From contig CAVQKE010000007.1 in the NCBI GenBank assembly GCA_963713045.1, forward strand, positions 128,001 to 192,000: 64,000 nucleotides of DNA, in the 5' to 3' direction. A program made the translations under genes and the position numbers. Below the pieces are notes generated by a model, which saw nothing but the letters and a program-made list of their open reading frames with translations, was not told the DNA's origin and ran no database searches. Source of the stretch: an uncultured delta proteobacterium. Its GTDB lineage: Bacteria > Myxococcota > Myxococcia > Myxococcales > Myxococcaceae. Within the stretch, counting starts at the first letter, position 1; each line of letters opens with the position of its first letter. Positions 44,854-53,700 of the stretch are shown in pieces.

Positions 44854-46164
44854 ATGAAGGCGCCAATCATTCGGTGGGTGGCAGGGATGGCAGCACTGTT
44901 GGCAAGCGTGTCCGCGGGTGAGTCCGGTGAGGCACGCGGTGAAGCGCAGGCTGCTTACCGCATCACAACGCTCCCTTCGCTCGGGGGAACGCAGAGCTCG
45001 GGCAATGGCATCAACGACTTGGAGTGGGTGACCGGTTCTTCGGCCCTTGCCGGAAACCAGAGCGTCCGCGCCACGCTCTGGTTCGATGGACGGATAACCG
45101 ACCTCGGAACGCTCGGTGGCGCGAACAGCAGCGTGGTCTGGCCAGTGAAGGACTCCGTCGGCATCATCACTGGAATCGCTGAGACCTCGACAGTGGACCC
45201 GCTCGGAGAACAGTGGAGTTGTAGCGCATTCATCCCGACGACTGGGACCACGTGCCTCGGCTTCGTCTGGGAGTTCGGAACGATTCGGGCGCTTCCGACT
45301 TTCGGGGGTAACAATGGCTTCGCTACTGGCGCCAACAACCGAGGGCAAGTGGTTGGCTGGGCCGAGAATGCCGTTCACGACCCGACATGCACCAGTCCGC
45401 AGGTCCTGCAATTCCGGGCCGCGATTTGGGGGCCTGGCACAGGTACGATTCGGGAGCTTCCGCCTCTGGCTGGCGACTCAACCAGCGCCGCGACGGCGGT
45501 CAACGACCAGGGCCAGGCGGTTGGCATCTCTGGCATTTGTGGCAGTGCTGTGGGTGCTTTCAGCGCCGCGCACGCCGTGCTTTGGGAAAATGGCACACCG
45601 ACCGACATCGGGAACCTCGGCGGTGTTGCGTGGAACACACCGATGGCCATCAACGAGTGGGGGGACGTTGTTGGATTCTCCAATATTCGCGCAAGTGATG
45701 GGGACACCTTCAATGCGCACGCGTTCCTGTGGACGCGTCGGAACGGCATCCAGGACCTCGGCACACTTCCGGGTGATGCGCTGAGCCAGGGCTTGGGCAT
45801 CAACAATTGGCGCCAAGTGGTGGGCATTTCCTGCACCGCGGGCTTTGCCAGTTGCAGAGGATTCCTCTGGCGAGATGGCGTCATGATGGACCTCAACTCG
45901 CTTGTGGTGTCGGGGACCACCGACCCCATCTATGCCGCCGGAGACATCGATGACCTCGGGCGAATCACTGGGCAGACGCTCAACGTGACGACGAACGCGG
46001 CGTCTGCTTTCCTTGCCCTACCAACCTGTTCGCTCGACGGCGACCGCGGCTTCGGTGGGCGTACCGAGGCGGCGCTTGCGACACCAGCGTCGCAGCCACC
46101 TTTGCCCGAACAAGTCAGAGGCGAAATTTTGAGGCGCCTGGGCGTCAGCGAGCACAAGCTCTAG
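44854..46164 (+). CDS. Secreted HAF-repeat protein
   Basis: Signal peptide; repeats DLGTLGG, DIGNLGG, AINEWGDVVG, AHAFLW. Confidence 0.88.
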   Translation: MKAPIIRWVAGMAALLASVSAGESGEARGEAQAAYRITTLPSLGGTQSSGNGINDLEWVTGSSALAGNQSVRATLWFDGRITDLGTLGGANSSVVWPVKDSVGIITGIAETSTVDPLGEQWSCSAFIPTTGTTCLGFVWEFGTIRALPTFGGNNGFATGANNRGQVVGWAENAVHDPTCTSPQVLQFRAAIWGPGTGTIRELPPLAGDSTSAATAVNDQGQAVGISGICGSAVGAFSAAHAVLWENGTPTDIGNLGGVAWNTPMAINEWGDVVGFSNIRASDGDTFNAHAFLWTRRNGIQDLGTLPGDALSQGLGINNWRQVVGISCTAGFASCRGFLWRDGVMMDLNSLVVSGTTDPIYAAGDIDDLGRITGQTLNVTTNAASAFLALPTCSLDGDRGFGGRTEAALATPASQPPLPEQVRGEILRRLGVSEHKL

Positions 46165-46204
46165 CCTTGCTATGACGCTCTGCAGGAGCCGCGATGAGGT
46201 AGTA

Positions 46205-46366
46205 TGGACAGACTGCCGCCAGCAAAGTCCGTGGCCAGTTCCAAACGTTCTGGTCTATACCGCGTCATATTGGCACCGCCTCGTCGCCTATAGTTGCACC
46301 ACTGGCTTGAAGGTCGTTGCTCCCTTCGTTTCGGCCGATTGGAGATCGCAGGAGGGGGTAGTCTGA
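46205..46366 (+). repeat. Copy A of a diverged ~150-bp direct repeat upstream of tRNA-Gly sequences
   Basis: From 46229, gap-free alignment to 58448-58582 (CCGTGGCCA..AACGTT..TATACC..CTATAGTTGCACCAC..GCTTGAAGGTCGTT..GGCCGA.TGGAGA). Confidence 0.85.
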
Positions 46367-46398
46367 CTTGTGGTTCCCCCTCGGAACACGGGTACTTA

Positions 46399-46438
46399 GC
46401 GGTGGTAGCTCAGTTGGTAGAGCACGAGCTTCCCAAGC
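46399..46438 (+). pseudogene. 5' half of tRNA-Gly(CCC); att-like fragment
   Basis: 40 nt identical to 58615-58654; ends just after the anticodon loop (GCTTCCCAAGC). Confidence 0.92.
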
Positions 46439-46676
46439 GTGGTTGGCGTCGCCGAACGTAGGTGACGGGGTCGGTACCAGAGGTAAGGCCCACCTCGTCG
46501 ACCTCTCCTGAGCCCGGCGAAAGCCCTCGGGACCTACCTTCCAACCTACGTTCCGGACACCAGCGCGCGTGCGTTGGCCCTCCTCCGGGACAGACGCGAC
46601 GGGAGCCCACCCAGGCCGCCCACGCTGGGCGTTAGCCGTCGCGTGGGAGGAGCCGTTTTACGGGCTCTTCCAACGC

Positions 46677-47279
46677 TTAGGAACCGCCGTCTGACCGTTC
46701 GCGAGCGAGTTCCTCTTCCAGCCACGCGCGGTACAGACCAAGTCGCTCAACAGCGCGCGGCCTGAGGCGACTCGAGGGAAAGAGCTGCAGGAAGGTCTCG
46801 TAACGTTGGATCCCCTCCAGGTACGCCTGCACGTCGGGCTCGAAGTCGCCGCATCCCCGCGGCTCGACGCGCGTATTCCAATAAGCCTCATCAGCTTGTA
46901 AGCCATTTGGCAGTGCCGCGAGGTAATGGGCGAAGCCCTCGGAACCCGCTTCCCAGTCGAGGCCTACTTCGCAGTAAAGCAGCCGGACCCCAATTACTGA
47001 GAGGCAAGCGAGCAACTGGTCCCGAAGCGCGAGCGCCTCCTTGGGTTTCATCTTCCTTTTGGTGAGTTGATCCGCGAGCTTGTCTGCTTTCTTCTGCAAG
47101 GTAAGCCAGTCGTTCGCGCCACCCCGTTTCGCCGCGAGGTGCGCCTGCGCTAGCGGCGCCATGACCCCCACGGCGCAGGGAACGCCTCCATCGGGCGACG
47201 CGGAGAGCAACACAGCGAGAGCGAGCGGAATCAGCGGACGGTCCTCACAGGAATCGATTTGCCTAACAAGCGTGAACAC
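46677..47279 (-). CDS. Hypothetical secreted protein with BamD/TPR-like C-terminus
   Basis: Hydrophobic N-terminal segment IPLALAVLLSA; YETFLQLFPSSRLRPRA; start uncertain. Confidence 0.55.
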   Translation of the reverse strand: MFTLVRQIDSCEDRPLIPLALAVLLSASPDGGVPCAVGVMAPLAQAHLAAKRGGANDWLTLQKKADKLADQLTKRKMKPKEALALRDQLLACLSVIGVRLLYCEVGLDWEAGSEGFAHYLAALPNGLQADEAYWNTRVEPRGCGDFEPDVQAYLEGIQRYETFLQLFPSSRLRPRAVERLGLYRAWLEEELARERSDGGS

Positions 47280-47445
47280 AGCGTGGTGCGTTGGATACCG
47301 GGTGGTGATGGGTCCTTTGCCGCCGAGCGCCGCAAACTCTGAGCCAGCGGCCTGTTAACCAAGACCCTCTCGTCGATTCGAGGCATGTGAGTCCACACGC
47401 CTCCGCTGGTGCGTCTGAAGAGCCGCACCGAGCACCAGTCATCTC

Positions 47446-48072
47446 CTAGTCTCCTCGAGTGAAGTGGTGGCGCCAGCTGTCGGGAAGGGACGGAAGCTGG
47501 AGGACTTCCCTGAGTCGAGCTCGGTCCTCCATCAGTTTTTCGAAGGAGAAGAGCTCCAGGACGGAGAGGTGGATGGCTTCTCGTTGGACGAGTTCGAGCT
47601 CGTCCCCTTCCAAGAGAGTGCCTTCTCCGAGCACGCGGAGGTAGACGCCGGGCCGCCGGATAGCTATGAAGCGTCTCAGGACGAGAGGGTCGCCAAAGCG
47701 AATCCCAAGCTTGTAACAAGGCAGGCGGGGCTGGCTTGCCTGCACCGTGGCGGTTCCAACCCGGAAGACGTCGCCGATAAACACCTGGCTCTCGTCAAGC
47801 TTGTCCAACAGCAAATTCTCGCCAAACGCCGGCGGCTCGAGTGAATGCCCCTCGCTTTCTTCCCAGCTCGCGTAGGCGTCGAGCCCGTAGGCGTAAGCCG
47901 CCTTGTCCGGGCCGCCATGCACGGTCAGGTCGGCTTGCGCATCTCCCTGCAAGTTGAAGCTTCCCAGATGCAGCGGGCCCCGAGCGGACTGTTTCCAGAT
48001 GCTGGTGCTGACTGGGCGCTGCCCGCCCAGCACCGTGCGTGGCTGTCCCACAAACATCGAGACAATTCGCAT
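47446..48072 (-). CDS. MOSC domain protein (YiiM-like)
   Basis: GDAQADLTVHGGPDKA; FGENL; SQPRLPCYKL; PGVYLRV. Confidence 0.92.
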   Translation of the reverse strand: MRIVSMFVGQPRTVLGGQRPVSTSIWKQSARGPLHLGSFNLQGDAQADLTVHGGPDKAAYAYGLDAYASWEESEGHSLEPPAFGENLLLDKLDESQVFIGDVFRVGTATVQASQPRLPCYKLGIRFGDPLVLRRFIAIRRPGVYLRVLGEGTLLEGDELELVQREAIHLSVLELFSFEKLMEDRARLREVLQLPSLPDSWRHHFTRGD

Positions 48073-48159
48073 GAAGGCCTCAGCTCTGCGCTAGCTTTGG
48101 GACAACCAAATCCACAACCATCCGGGAGAAATCTCCGCGCCTAGCCCACGCCAGACATT

Positions 48160-48470
48160 TCAGGGTCCGTGAGAGATGCCATGAGCGTTTAACCGGTCGA
48201 GCTGTTTGCGCCCAATCTTTCGGTCGTTCTCGGAGACCGCGGCTTCTCCCTGGGCATCGCGCCGGTCCACCTCGTCGGCAAAGCGCGGCAACTTGCGCCA
48301 ATCGAGACCACCCAGAATCTGCAGGGCCAGCTCGTTGAGCTTGCTCGTCAATGTGTGAAAATCTCTAATTCTCCGAAGTTGGCCCCTCCACAGGGCGGAG
48401 CTTCATGGACGTCGGCGCGTACCAGTTCCGGGTGCAAAAACAGCATCTGACTGGTCTCCATTCCTCGAAG
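48160..48470 (-). pseudogene. Possible creatininase-family 3' remnant
   Basis: ETSQMLFLHPELVR resembles the creatininase ETSxMLxLxPELV motif; reading frame broken. Confidence 0.3.
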
Positions 48471-48550
48471 AACGAAGGGGGCTCGCGCCCGTCGAACAGC
48501 CGTCACTCGGCGCCTGGGCTTCGACCCTAACTCCACCTCTGAGCAGACAT

Positions 48551-50029
48551 CTAGATGGCGAAGGCAAGCACGACAGCGATTGACTCGAACTCCTGCAAAT
48601 GGGTGTTCACGGTCGAGTTGGTGTTCGGGCCGATAATCACCGGAGCCCAATCGGACGACCCGGTGCCGGCCGCACCCACCGGCGGAATCGGGCCGGACCA
48701 GGAATACGGCTGGGCACCAGGTCCGCTCGGAAAGCCGTTAGCGAATTCGAAGCTGGCGACGACCAGCACTTTGATGTTTGCGCGGACCAGGAAGGCGAGG
48801 GCCGGAGCGATGTGCAGATCATTCACGGTTGGGCCGCCCTTTTGGTAAAGGGAAATGTTCTCGATGCGAAGGCTGGGAACGAACCACGGGAAGACGACGT
48901 AGCTCAACTCTCCATACGTCACCTGCGCCGTCACCTGGCCGAGAGCCCCCACCGTATTCACCCATCCTGCGTTGTGCTGCTGATTGTAGAAGCCCAAATC
49001 GAGCTCGGCTGAGCCGAGCATGCCCCGGACCCCGACGCCCGCGGTGAAAGACACGTCGCTGACCGGGGTCGCGCCCGGCGGGGTCGTCAACGGGTTCGGG
49101 AAATGCTCGTTTGAGTGGTAAAGGAAGCCGTCCACGGTGAGCGAGGTCTCCGCCCACGGGCGCGCTGGATCCGCAGGGCCCGTCGAACCCTCCCCGTCAA
49201 GGCGCATCCCGCCGATTTTGAACCCGGCTTGCGCGTAGTAGTTCGCGCTGTTGAAAGCGCTCGTCCAAGCGTTCGACCCTGCATTCCATCCCATCGCATA
49301 GTCCAACCGCCCAGCGATGACCCCCCGAAGCTCCACGCCCGGATAGTTATTGACGAGAACAAAGGGACTGGTCGAGAGACCGTAAATCCCCGTGACCGGT
49401 GCGTTGGTGATGAACTGATCGGCGGCATACGAAGAGTGCACGCCAAAGCTGCTGATGGTGGGAAGCTGACTGCCCACCACCAAGTTGAAGACGTGAGGCA
49501 AAAAGAGGTCGTTGAAGAGTAACTCGGCAGACTCGATGGACACTCCTCCCGAGATGTCGACCGTCACCTCGCCCCAAAACGTGATGGTGTCGGTGAAGGC
49601 GCCTCCCGCCCAGAGGTGAAACTCCTCGGTTTCGCCATCGAGGTCCACTTGGGTCCCATTGTTCGCTTGCGGGAACGTGGACCCCTTGTCAGGGTAGAAC
49701 ATGGCTTGGCCGTTGAACCCGACCGAGATGGGCACCGAGATTGGAATGGTGCTTGGCCACACCGCGTTCGGGAAGTTCTTCATGTTCGCTTCTTGGGCGA
49801 GAGGCACGGTCTCCTGTTTCACGTAATCACTGTCGACACCCGGGAACCGGTAGCCGTTGCGCCGAAACGCCTCACCGAACGGGGTGAGCTTCGGGTACAC
49901 CGTGTGGCACGTCAGACAGCTCGTGCCGTACTTGCGGGCGAACGCGGGAATGGCCTGAGCTGGGGCTGCTACCAAGAGAACCACGGCGAAAGCCAGAACA
50001 TGGATTCCGATGCGACATAGGCACTTCAT
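48551..50029 (-). CDS. Cyc2/ExtI-like fused monoheme cytochrome c-porin (outer membrane)
   Basis: Signal peptide AQA, then IPAFARKYGTSCLTCHTVYPKLTPFGEAFRRNGY, followed by ~400 aa of amphipathic beta-strands; AGGAG RBS. Confidence 0.8.
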   Translation of the reverse strand: MKCLCRIGIHVLAFAVVLLVAAPAQAIPAFARKYGTSCLTCHTVYPKLTPFGEAFRRNGYRFPGVDSDYVKQETVPLAQEANMKNFPNAVWPSTIPISVPISVGFNGQAMFYPDKGSTFPQANNGTQVDLDGETEEFHLWAGGAFTDTITFWGEVTVDISGGVSIESAELLFNDLFLPHVFNLVVGSQLPTISSFGVHSSYAADQFITNAPVTGIYGLSTSPFVLVNNYPGVELRGVIAGRLDYAMGWNAGSNAWTSAFNSANYYAQAGFKIGGMRLDGEGSTGPADPARPWAETSLTVDGFLYHSNEHFPNPLTTPPGATPVSDVSFTAGVGVRGMLGSAELDLGFYNQQHNAGWVNTVGALGQVTAQVTYGELSYVVFPWFVPSLRIENISLYQKGGPTVNDLHIAPALAFLVRANIKVLVVASFEFANGFPSGPGAQPYSWSGPIPPVGAAGTGSSDWAPVIIGPNTNSTVNTHLQEFESIAVVLAFAI

Positions 50030-50131
50030 GCCGGGCTCCTCCTGCTGCAGGACCGCGGAGAGCAATGAGAACCCGGCGTAGGCCCGGGCCCGTGGGATGG
50101 TCTCGGCCGTCGCTTGGTTGCGAGATGGCCT

Positions 50132-50148
50132 TGCAATCTCACAGCCAG
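50132..50148 (-). promoter_or_regulatory. Sigma54 -24/-12 promoter for the cytochrome-porin gene
   Basis: CTGGCTGTGAGATTGCA matches TGGCAC-N5-TTGCA spacing, ~100 bp upstream of the ATG. Confidence 0.6.
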
Positions 50149-50290
50149 CAAATGTGCTTCGAGGACACCTTCCACTTGAGCGCAGTGTTTGCGCGACGCG
50201 GTGTTTGTGAGCCGTTTGTCGCAAAAGCTGCGTCGTCGGTCCAAACCATCGTCCTCACGTTGCGCGCCGCGGCGAATGCGGTGGCCAGAT

Positions 50291-51352
50291 TCAAGTCGCC
50301 AGCTCGCGGGACATTCGGGGCGCAGTAGAGAGCGCGAACGCGCCGAGCATGCCAAGGGCGATTAGGAAATCCCGCCACCCGAGCGGCGGCGAGCCAGGCG
50401 CTGAAAGTGACGGCACGACGAGCAGGTTGCAGTTCAGCCACAGGCCAACAAGCTGTGCCACCAGAACGGCTCGAAGGACGCCTGGCGACCGTCTGCCGTA
50501 CGGGTGGAGCAGGCCCAGGAACGGCACGACGAAGACCAGAACGACGACGGCGACCACCACCCATCCCCAGTTGTCGACGCTCCGACGCAGTGCGAAGACA
50601 ATTTCGTCTGGAAGATTCGCGTACCAGAGGGTGAGGTATTGCGACCAGAAGAGGTAGGCCCAGAAGATGGCCAACGTCAAAAGCAGCGAGCCAGCGTCGA
50701 GGCGCTGTCGCTCGGAAAGAGCACCGCGCGCCACCGCGACCAGGGTGGCGACACCGGCCCCAGCAATGAAAGCCCCCACGAAGAGGTACGGGCCAATCAG
50801 CGTGTTCCCCACCCAATCGGGCGCAGGCCCGACGACGAAGTCGAACGCCCAGATGGACAACACCACCGCGAAGACGAGGAGGTAAACCACCGACGCCCGG
50901 AGCGTTGGAGATTTGCCTCCGGCGGGCTGACGAAATCCCAAGTAGGCGAAGCCAAAAAGCGCGGCATTGAGCGCCAGCTGGCGTAGGACAAGGAAGGGAG
51001 TGGCGAGCCAGCCAGTCGACTGACCCGCCCACGGAGCAATGCCTGCACCGGCCATGATGACGACGAGCAGCACGGAAGCGGCCGGCAGAAAGGACGCCTC
51101 TGCGCCAGCGAGCGGCGCCAGCGGCCGGGCCCAGCCGGCATCAATCATCCTGAAAAAGGCGCGGAACGCCACCGCACCGGCTGCGGCACCGGCAAAAAAT
51201 AGCCAACTCGCGATGAGCGCCGCGTAGGCTCGTGGCGCGCCTCCGCCAAAAAGTCCGCTGGCGAAGGCCACGATGCCGAGCCCGACCGCGGCGAGGGCGA
51301 CCCACGTGACCCGCGGTCCCATCGTTGCCTGCGCTTCTGCCGTCCAGCTCAC
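50291..51352 (-). CDS. actF: Alternative complex III subunit ActF
   Basis: Polytopic membrane protein; FWAYLFWSQYLTLWYANLPDE. Confidence 0.8.
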   Translation of the reverse strand: MSWTAEAQATMGPRVTWVALAAVGLGIVAFASGLFGGGAPRAYAALIASWLFFAGAAAGAVAFRAFFRMIDAGWARPLAPLAGAEASFLPAASVLLVVIMAGAGIAPWAGQSTGWLATPFLVLRQLALNAALFGFAYLGFRQPAGGKSPTLRASVVYLLVFAVVLSIWAFDFVVGPAPDWVGNTLIGPYLFVGAFIAGAGVATLVAVARGALSERQRLDAGSLLLTLAIFWAYLFWSQYLTLWYANLPDEIVFALRRSVDNWGWVVVAVVVLVFVVPFLGLLHPYGRRSPGVLRAVLVAQLVGLWLNCNLLVVPSLSAPGSPPLGWRDFLIALGMLGAFALSTAPRMSRELAT

Positions 51353-51867
51353 CGGGCACCTCCCTCGGGGGCCGGGGGCACCGACTCGCAGCCTTCCGCT
51401 TGTAGCGTGCGCACAAAGGCAACCAAGTCCCAGCGATCGCGCGACGTCGTGCCCTCGCGCATGGTCGGCATGGCGCGTCCGCCAGCGGTGAGTGTTCCGT
51501 AGATGAATCCATCGCTTCGGTTGCAGATGGCGCTGTAGCGAAGGTTTGGCGCGGGCGGGAACTTAGCCGAGACCGGACCGTTCCCTTTGCCCTCGGGGCC
51601 GTGGCAGGGCGTGCAGTGGATGGCGAAAAGGGCCCGGCCCCGTGCCGCGGCGTCGGCGTCGAATGGCATGGGGGGCTTGAGGTCCGTGTCGTCTTCTCGG
51701 TCGACCAGCGTTTCGACCCCGCCGAGTGGGATGGAAGTGGCCGGCACCGGTCGCGCTTCCTCCAGCGGGCGCACGCTGGGCTGCTGCTCCATGCTGGCCG
51801 GCCATAGCTTCTCGCAGCCGGACACCAGCAGCACAGGCAGCAATGCTGCGCAGGCACGGCCGTTCAT
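51349..51867 (-). CDS. actE: Alternative complex III monoheme lipoprotein ActE
   Basis: Lipobox VSGC; CTPCHG; GRAMP; DRWDLVAFVRTLQ. Confidence 0.85.
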   Translation of the reverse strand: MNGRACAALLPVLLVSGCEKLWPASMEQQPSVRPLEEARPVPATSIPLGGVETLVDREDDTDLKPPMPFDADAAARGRALFAIHCTPCHGPEGKGNGPVSAKFPPAPNLRYSAICNRSDGFIYGTLTAGGRAMPTMREGTTSRDRWDLVAFVRTLQAEGCESVPPAPEGGAR

Positions 51868-52370
51868 GACGAGAGCTCCGGGACGGCATTCCCGAGCAGC
51901 TCCCGCACCCGGTCCCGCACCTCTGGCGCGAGGCCGCCGAGCGGCACAACCACGACAATGCGCTCGCTGCTCACCTGGTCCCGTACGGCACGAGTTACCT
52001 TGCGCCTGGCCAGCGCCGAGAAGACGACGAGCGCGAGGAAATTCGCCACACCAGCGAAAAGCATTGTGAGCTCGAACATCACCACCGCGAATGCGGTCCA
52101 AGCCAGGATGGGCTTGCCGCCGACGACCAGGCCAAGCGCCTTGGAAGTGCCGGCCTCGAGAGCCGTCGCACATCCGAGCCCGGTGAGCCCGCCAAGCAAA
52201 GCGACCCAGCCCAGGGCTCGCGACTGTCCGGTGGCCTCCACCTCATGGACCACCGGGTAAGCAGCAGGGCTCGAGACCTGAGCGTTGTCCACGCCCCGGG
52301 CACGGAGCGCCTGGACCGCACGCAGCGCGTCGTCGGGGTCGGCGTAGATGGCCACCAGGTGCTCAGGCAT
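51864..52370 (-). CDS. actD: Alternative complex III subunit ActD (DUF3341)
   Basis: Two TM helices; GGKP; FELTMLFA. Confidence 0.85.
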   Translation of the reverse strand: MPEHLVAIYADPDDALRAVQALRARGVDNAQVSSPAAYPVVHEVEATGQSRALGWVALLGGLTGLGCATALEAGTSKALGLVVGGKPILAWTAFAVVMFELTMLFAGVANFLALVVFSALARRKVTRAVRDQVSSERIVVVVPLGGLAPEVRDRVRELLGNAVPELSS

Positions 52371-53700
52371 GGCTCGCCTCGGGCGTGAGGGCACCCTCGT
52401 CAATGGCATGCTTGCTCTGCATGCTCTCGGAGATGGCCATGCAGGGGAACAGCTTGACGAAGATGAGGAAGAGCATGAAGAACCAACCGAGGCCGCCAAG
52501 GCAGATGCAAACCTCTCTCAGCGTTGGTGAGTAATTGCCCCAATATTGAGAGATGAAGCCGCGGGCCAGCGTGGTGACGATGAAGAGGAATCGCTCGAAC
52601 CACATTCCGACCGTCACCAAGGCCGAGATGGTGATGAGCGCCGGCAGGCTTCGGCGCACACGCGACCAGAATAGGGCCAACGGGGCGAGGCTGTTGCAAG
52701 CCGCGACGCTCCAGAAGACGGGCGCGTAGGTGCCAGTCGCTCGCCACGCGAACACCTCCCGCTCCGCCGCGCTGCCTCGATAAAATGCCATGAAAAATTC
52801 CGTGGCGTAGACGAACGTCATGACCAACGACATCGCCAAAAGGAGCTTGGCGAGAAGCTCGAAGTGCGCACCCGTGATGTACCGCTGCAAGTGGTAGCCG
52901 CGACGAAGCCCAGCGAGCAGGAGCACGGCCACGGCGACCCCGGAGAAAATGGCTCCTGCGACGAAGTAGGGTGCGAAGATGGCCGAGTGCCAACCAGGCA
53001 TCACCGTCATCGCAAAATCCCACGACACCACGCTGTGCACCGAGACGGCCAGCGGGATGACCACGGCGGCGAAGATGGGATAGGCCTTCTCAAACAGCCG
53101 CCATTCCCCGTCCGTGCCGGCAAAGCCGAGCGTCAGGGCGCGGTACAAGGGACGCCTCCAGTCATGCACTCGCCGCGCCAGCAGCGCCAAGTCTGGCAGC
53201 ATGCCCATGTAGAGAAAGAGCATGCTCACCGTGACGTAGGAGGTAATCGCAAACACGTCCCAAGTGAGCGGCGACCTGAAATTCATCCAAAGTTGCCGCT
53301 GGTTCGGATAGGGCAAGAGGAAGAAGAAGAGCCAGGACCGTCCAATATGGACGATGGGGTAGAGACCTGCGGTCAAGATGGTGAAGACGGTCATCGCCTC
53401 CGCTGAGCGACCAATGGCGGCCCGCAGCGGCGAGCGGGTGAAGAAGAGAATGGCCGAAACCAGTGTCCCCGAGTGGCTCACGCCGATGAAGAAGACGAAC
53501 GTCGTGATGAGCGAACCCCACATCACCGGCTCGTTCAGCCCGGTGAGCCCCAAGCCTTGGCTGAGGATTCCGGACCAGGCCCAACCCCCGACGCCAACGA
53601 AGGAGACGGCGATGCCCAGGCACAGCCAGTAGCGCCACGTGGTCCGGTCCATGGTGGCGACGGTGTCGTGCTCGATTTGCGCCAGCCTCAGGTGGCTCAC
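52363..53700 (-). CDS. actC: Alternative complex III NrfD-family subunit ActC
   Basis: SHSGTLVSAIL; RSAEAMT; NFRSPLTWDVFAI; VSVHSVVSWDFA; PGWHSAIFAPYFVAGAIFSG. Confidence 0.92.
   Translation of the reverse strand: MSHLRLAQIEHDTVATMDRTTWRYWLCLGIAVSFVGVGGWAWSGILSQGLGLTGLNEPVMWGSLITTFVFFIGVSHSGTLVSAILFFTRSPLRAAIGRSAEAMTVFTILTAGLYPIVHIGRSWLFFFLLPYPNQRQLWMNFRSPLTWDVFAITSYVTVSMLFLYMGMLPDLALLARRVHDWRRPLYRALTLGFAGTDGEWRLFEKAYPIFAAVVIPLAVSVHSVVSWDFAMTVMPGWHSAIFAPYFVAGAIFSGVAVAVLLLAGLRRGYHLQRYITGAHFELLAKLLLAMSLVMTFVYATEFFMAFYRGSAAEREVFAWRATGTYAPVFWSVAACNSLAPLALFWSRVRRSLPALITISALVTVGMWFERFLFIVTTLARGFISQYWGNYSPTLREVCICLGGLGWFFMLFLIFVKLFPCMAISESMQSKHAIDEGALTPEASHA

Noticed and set aside
46440..46676. Possible ncRNA or ORF just inside the left island boundary
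   Set aside because: No convincing structure or coding signal by eye
50060..50080. Closer sigma54 box upstream of the porin gene (CCGGGTTCTCATTGC)
   Set aside because: GG-GC spacing is off by one; the box at 50132-50148 fits better
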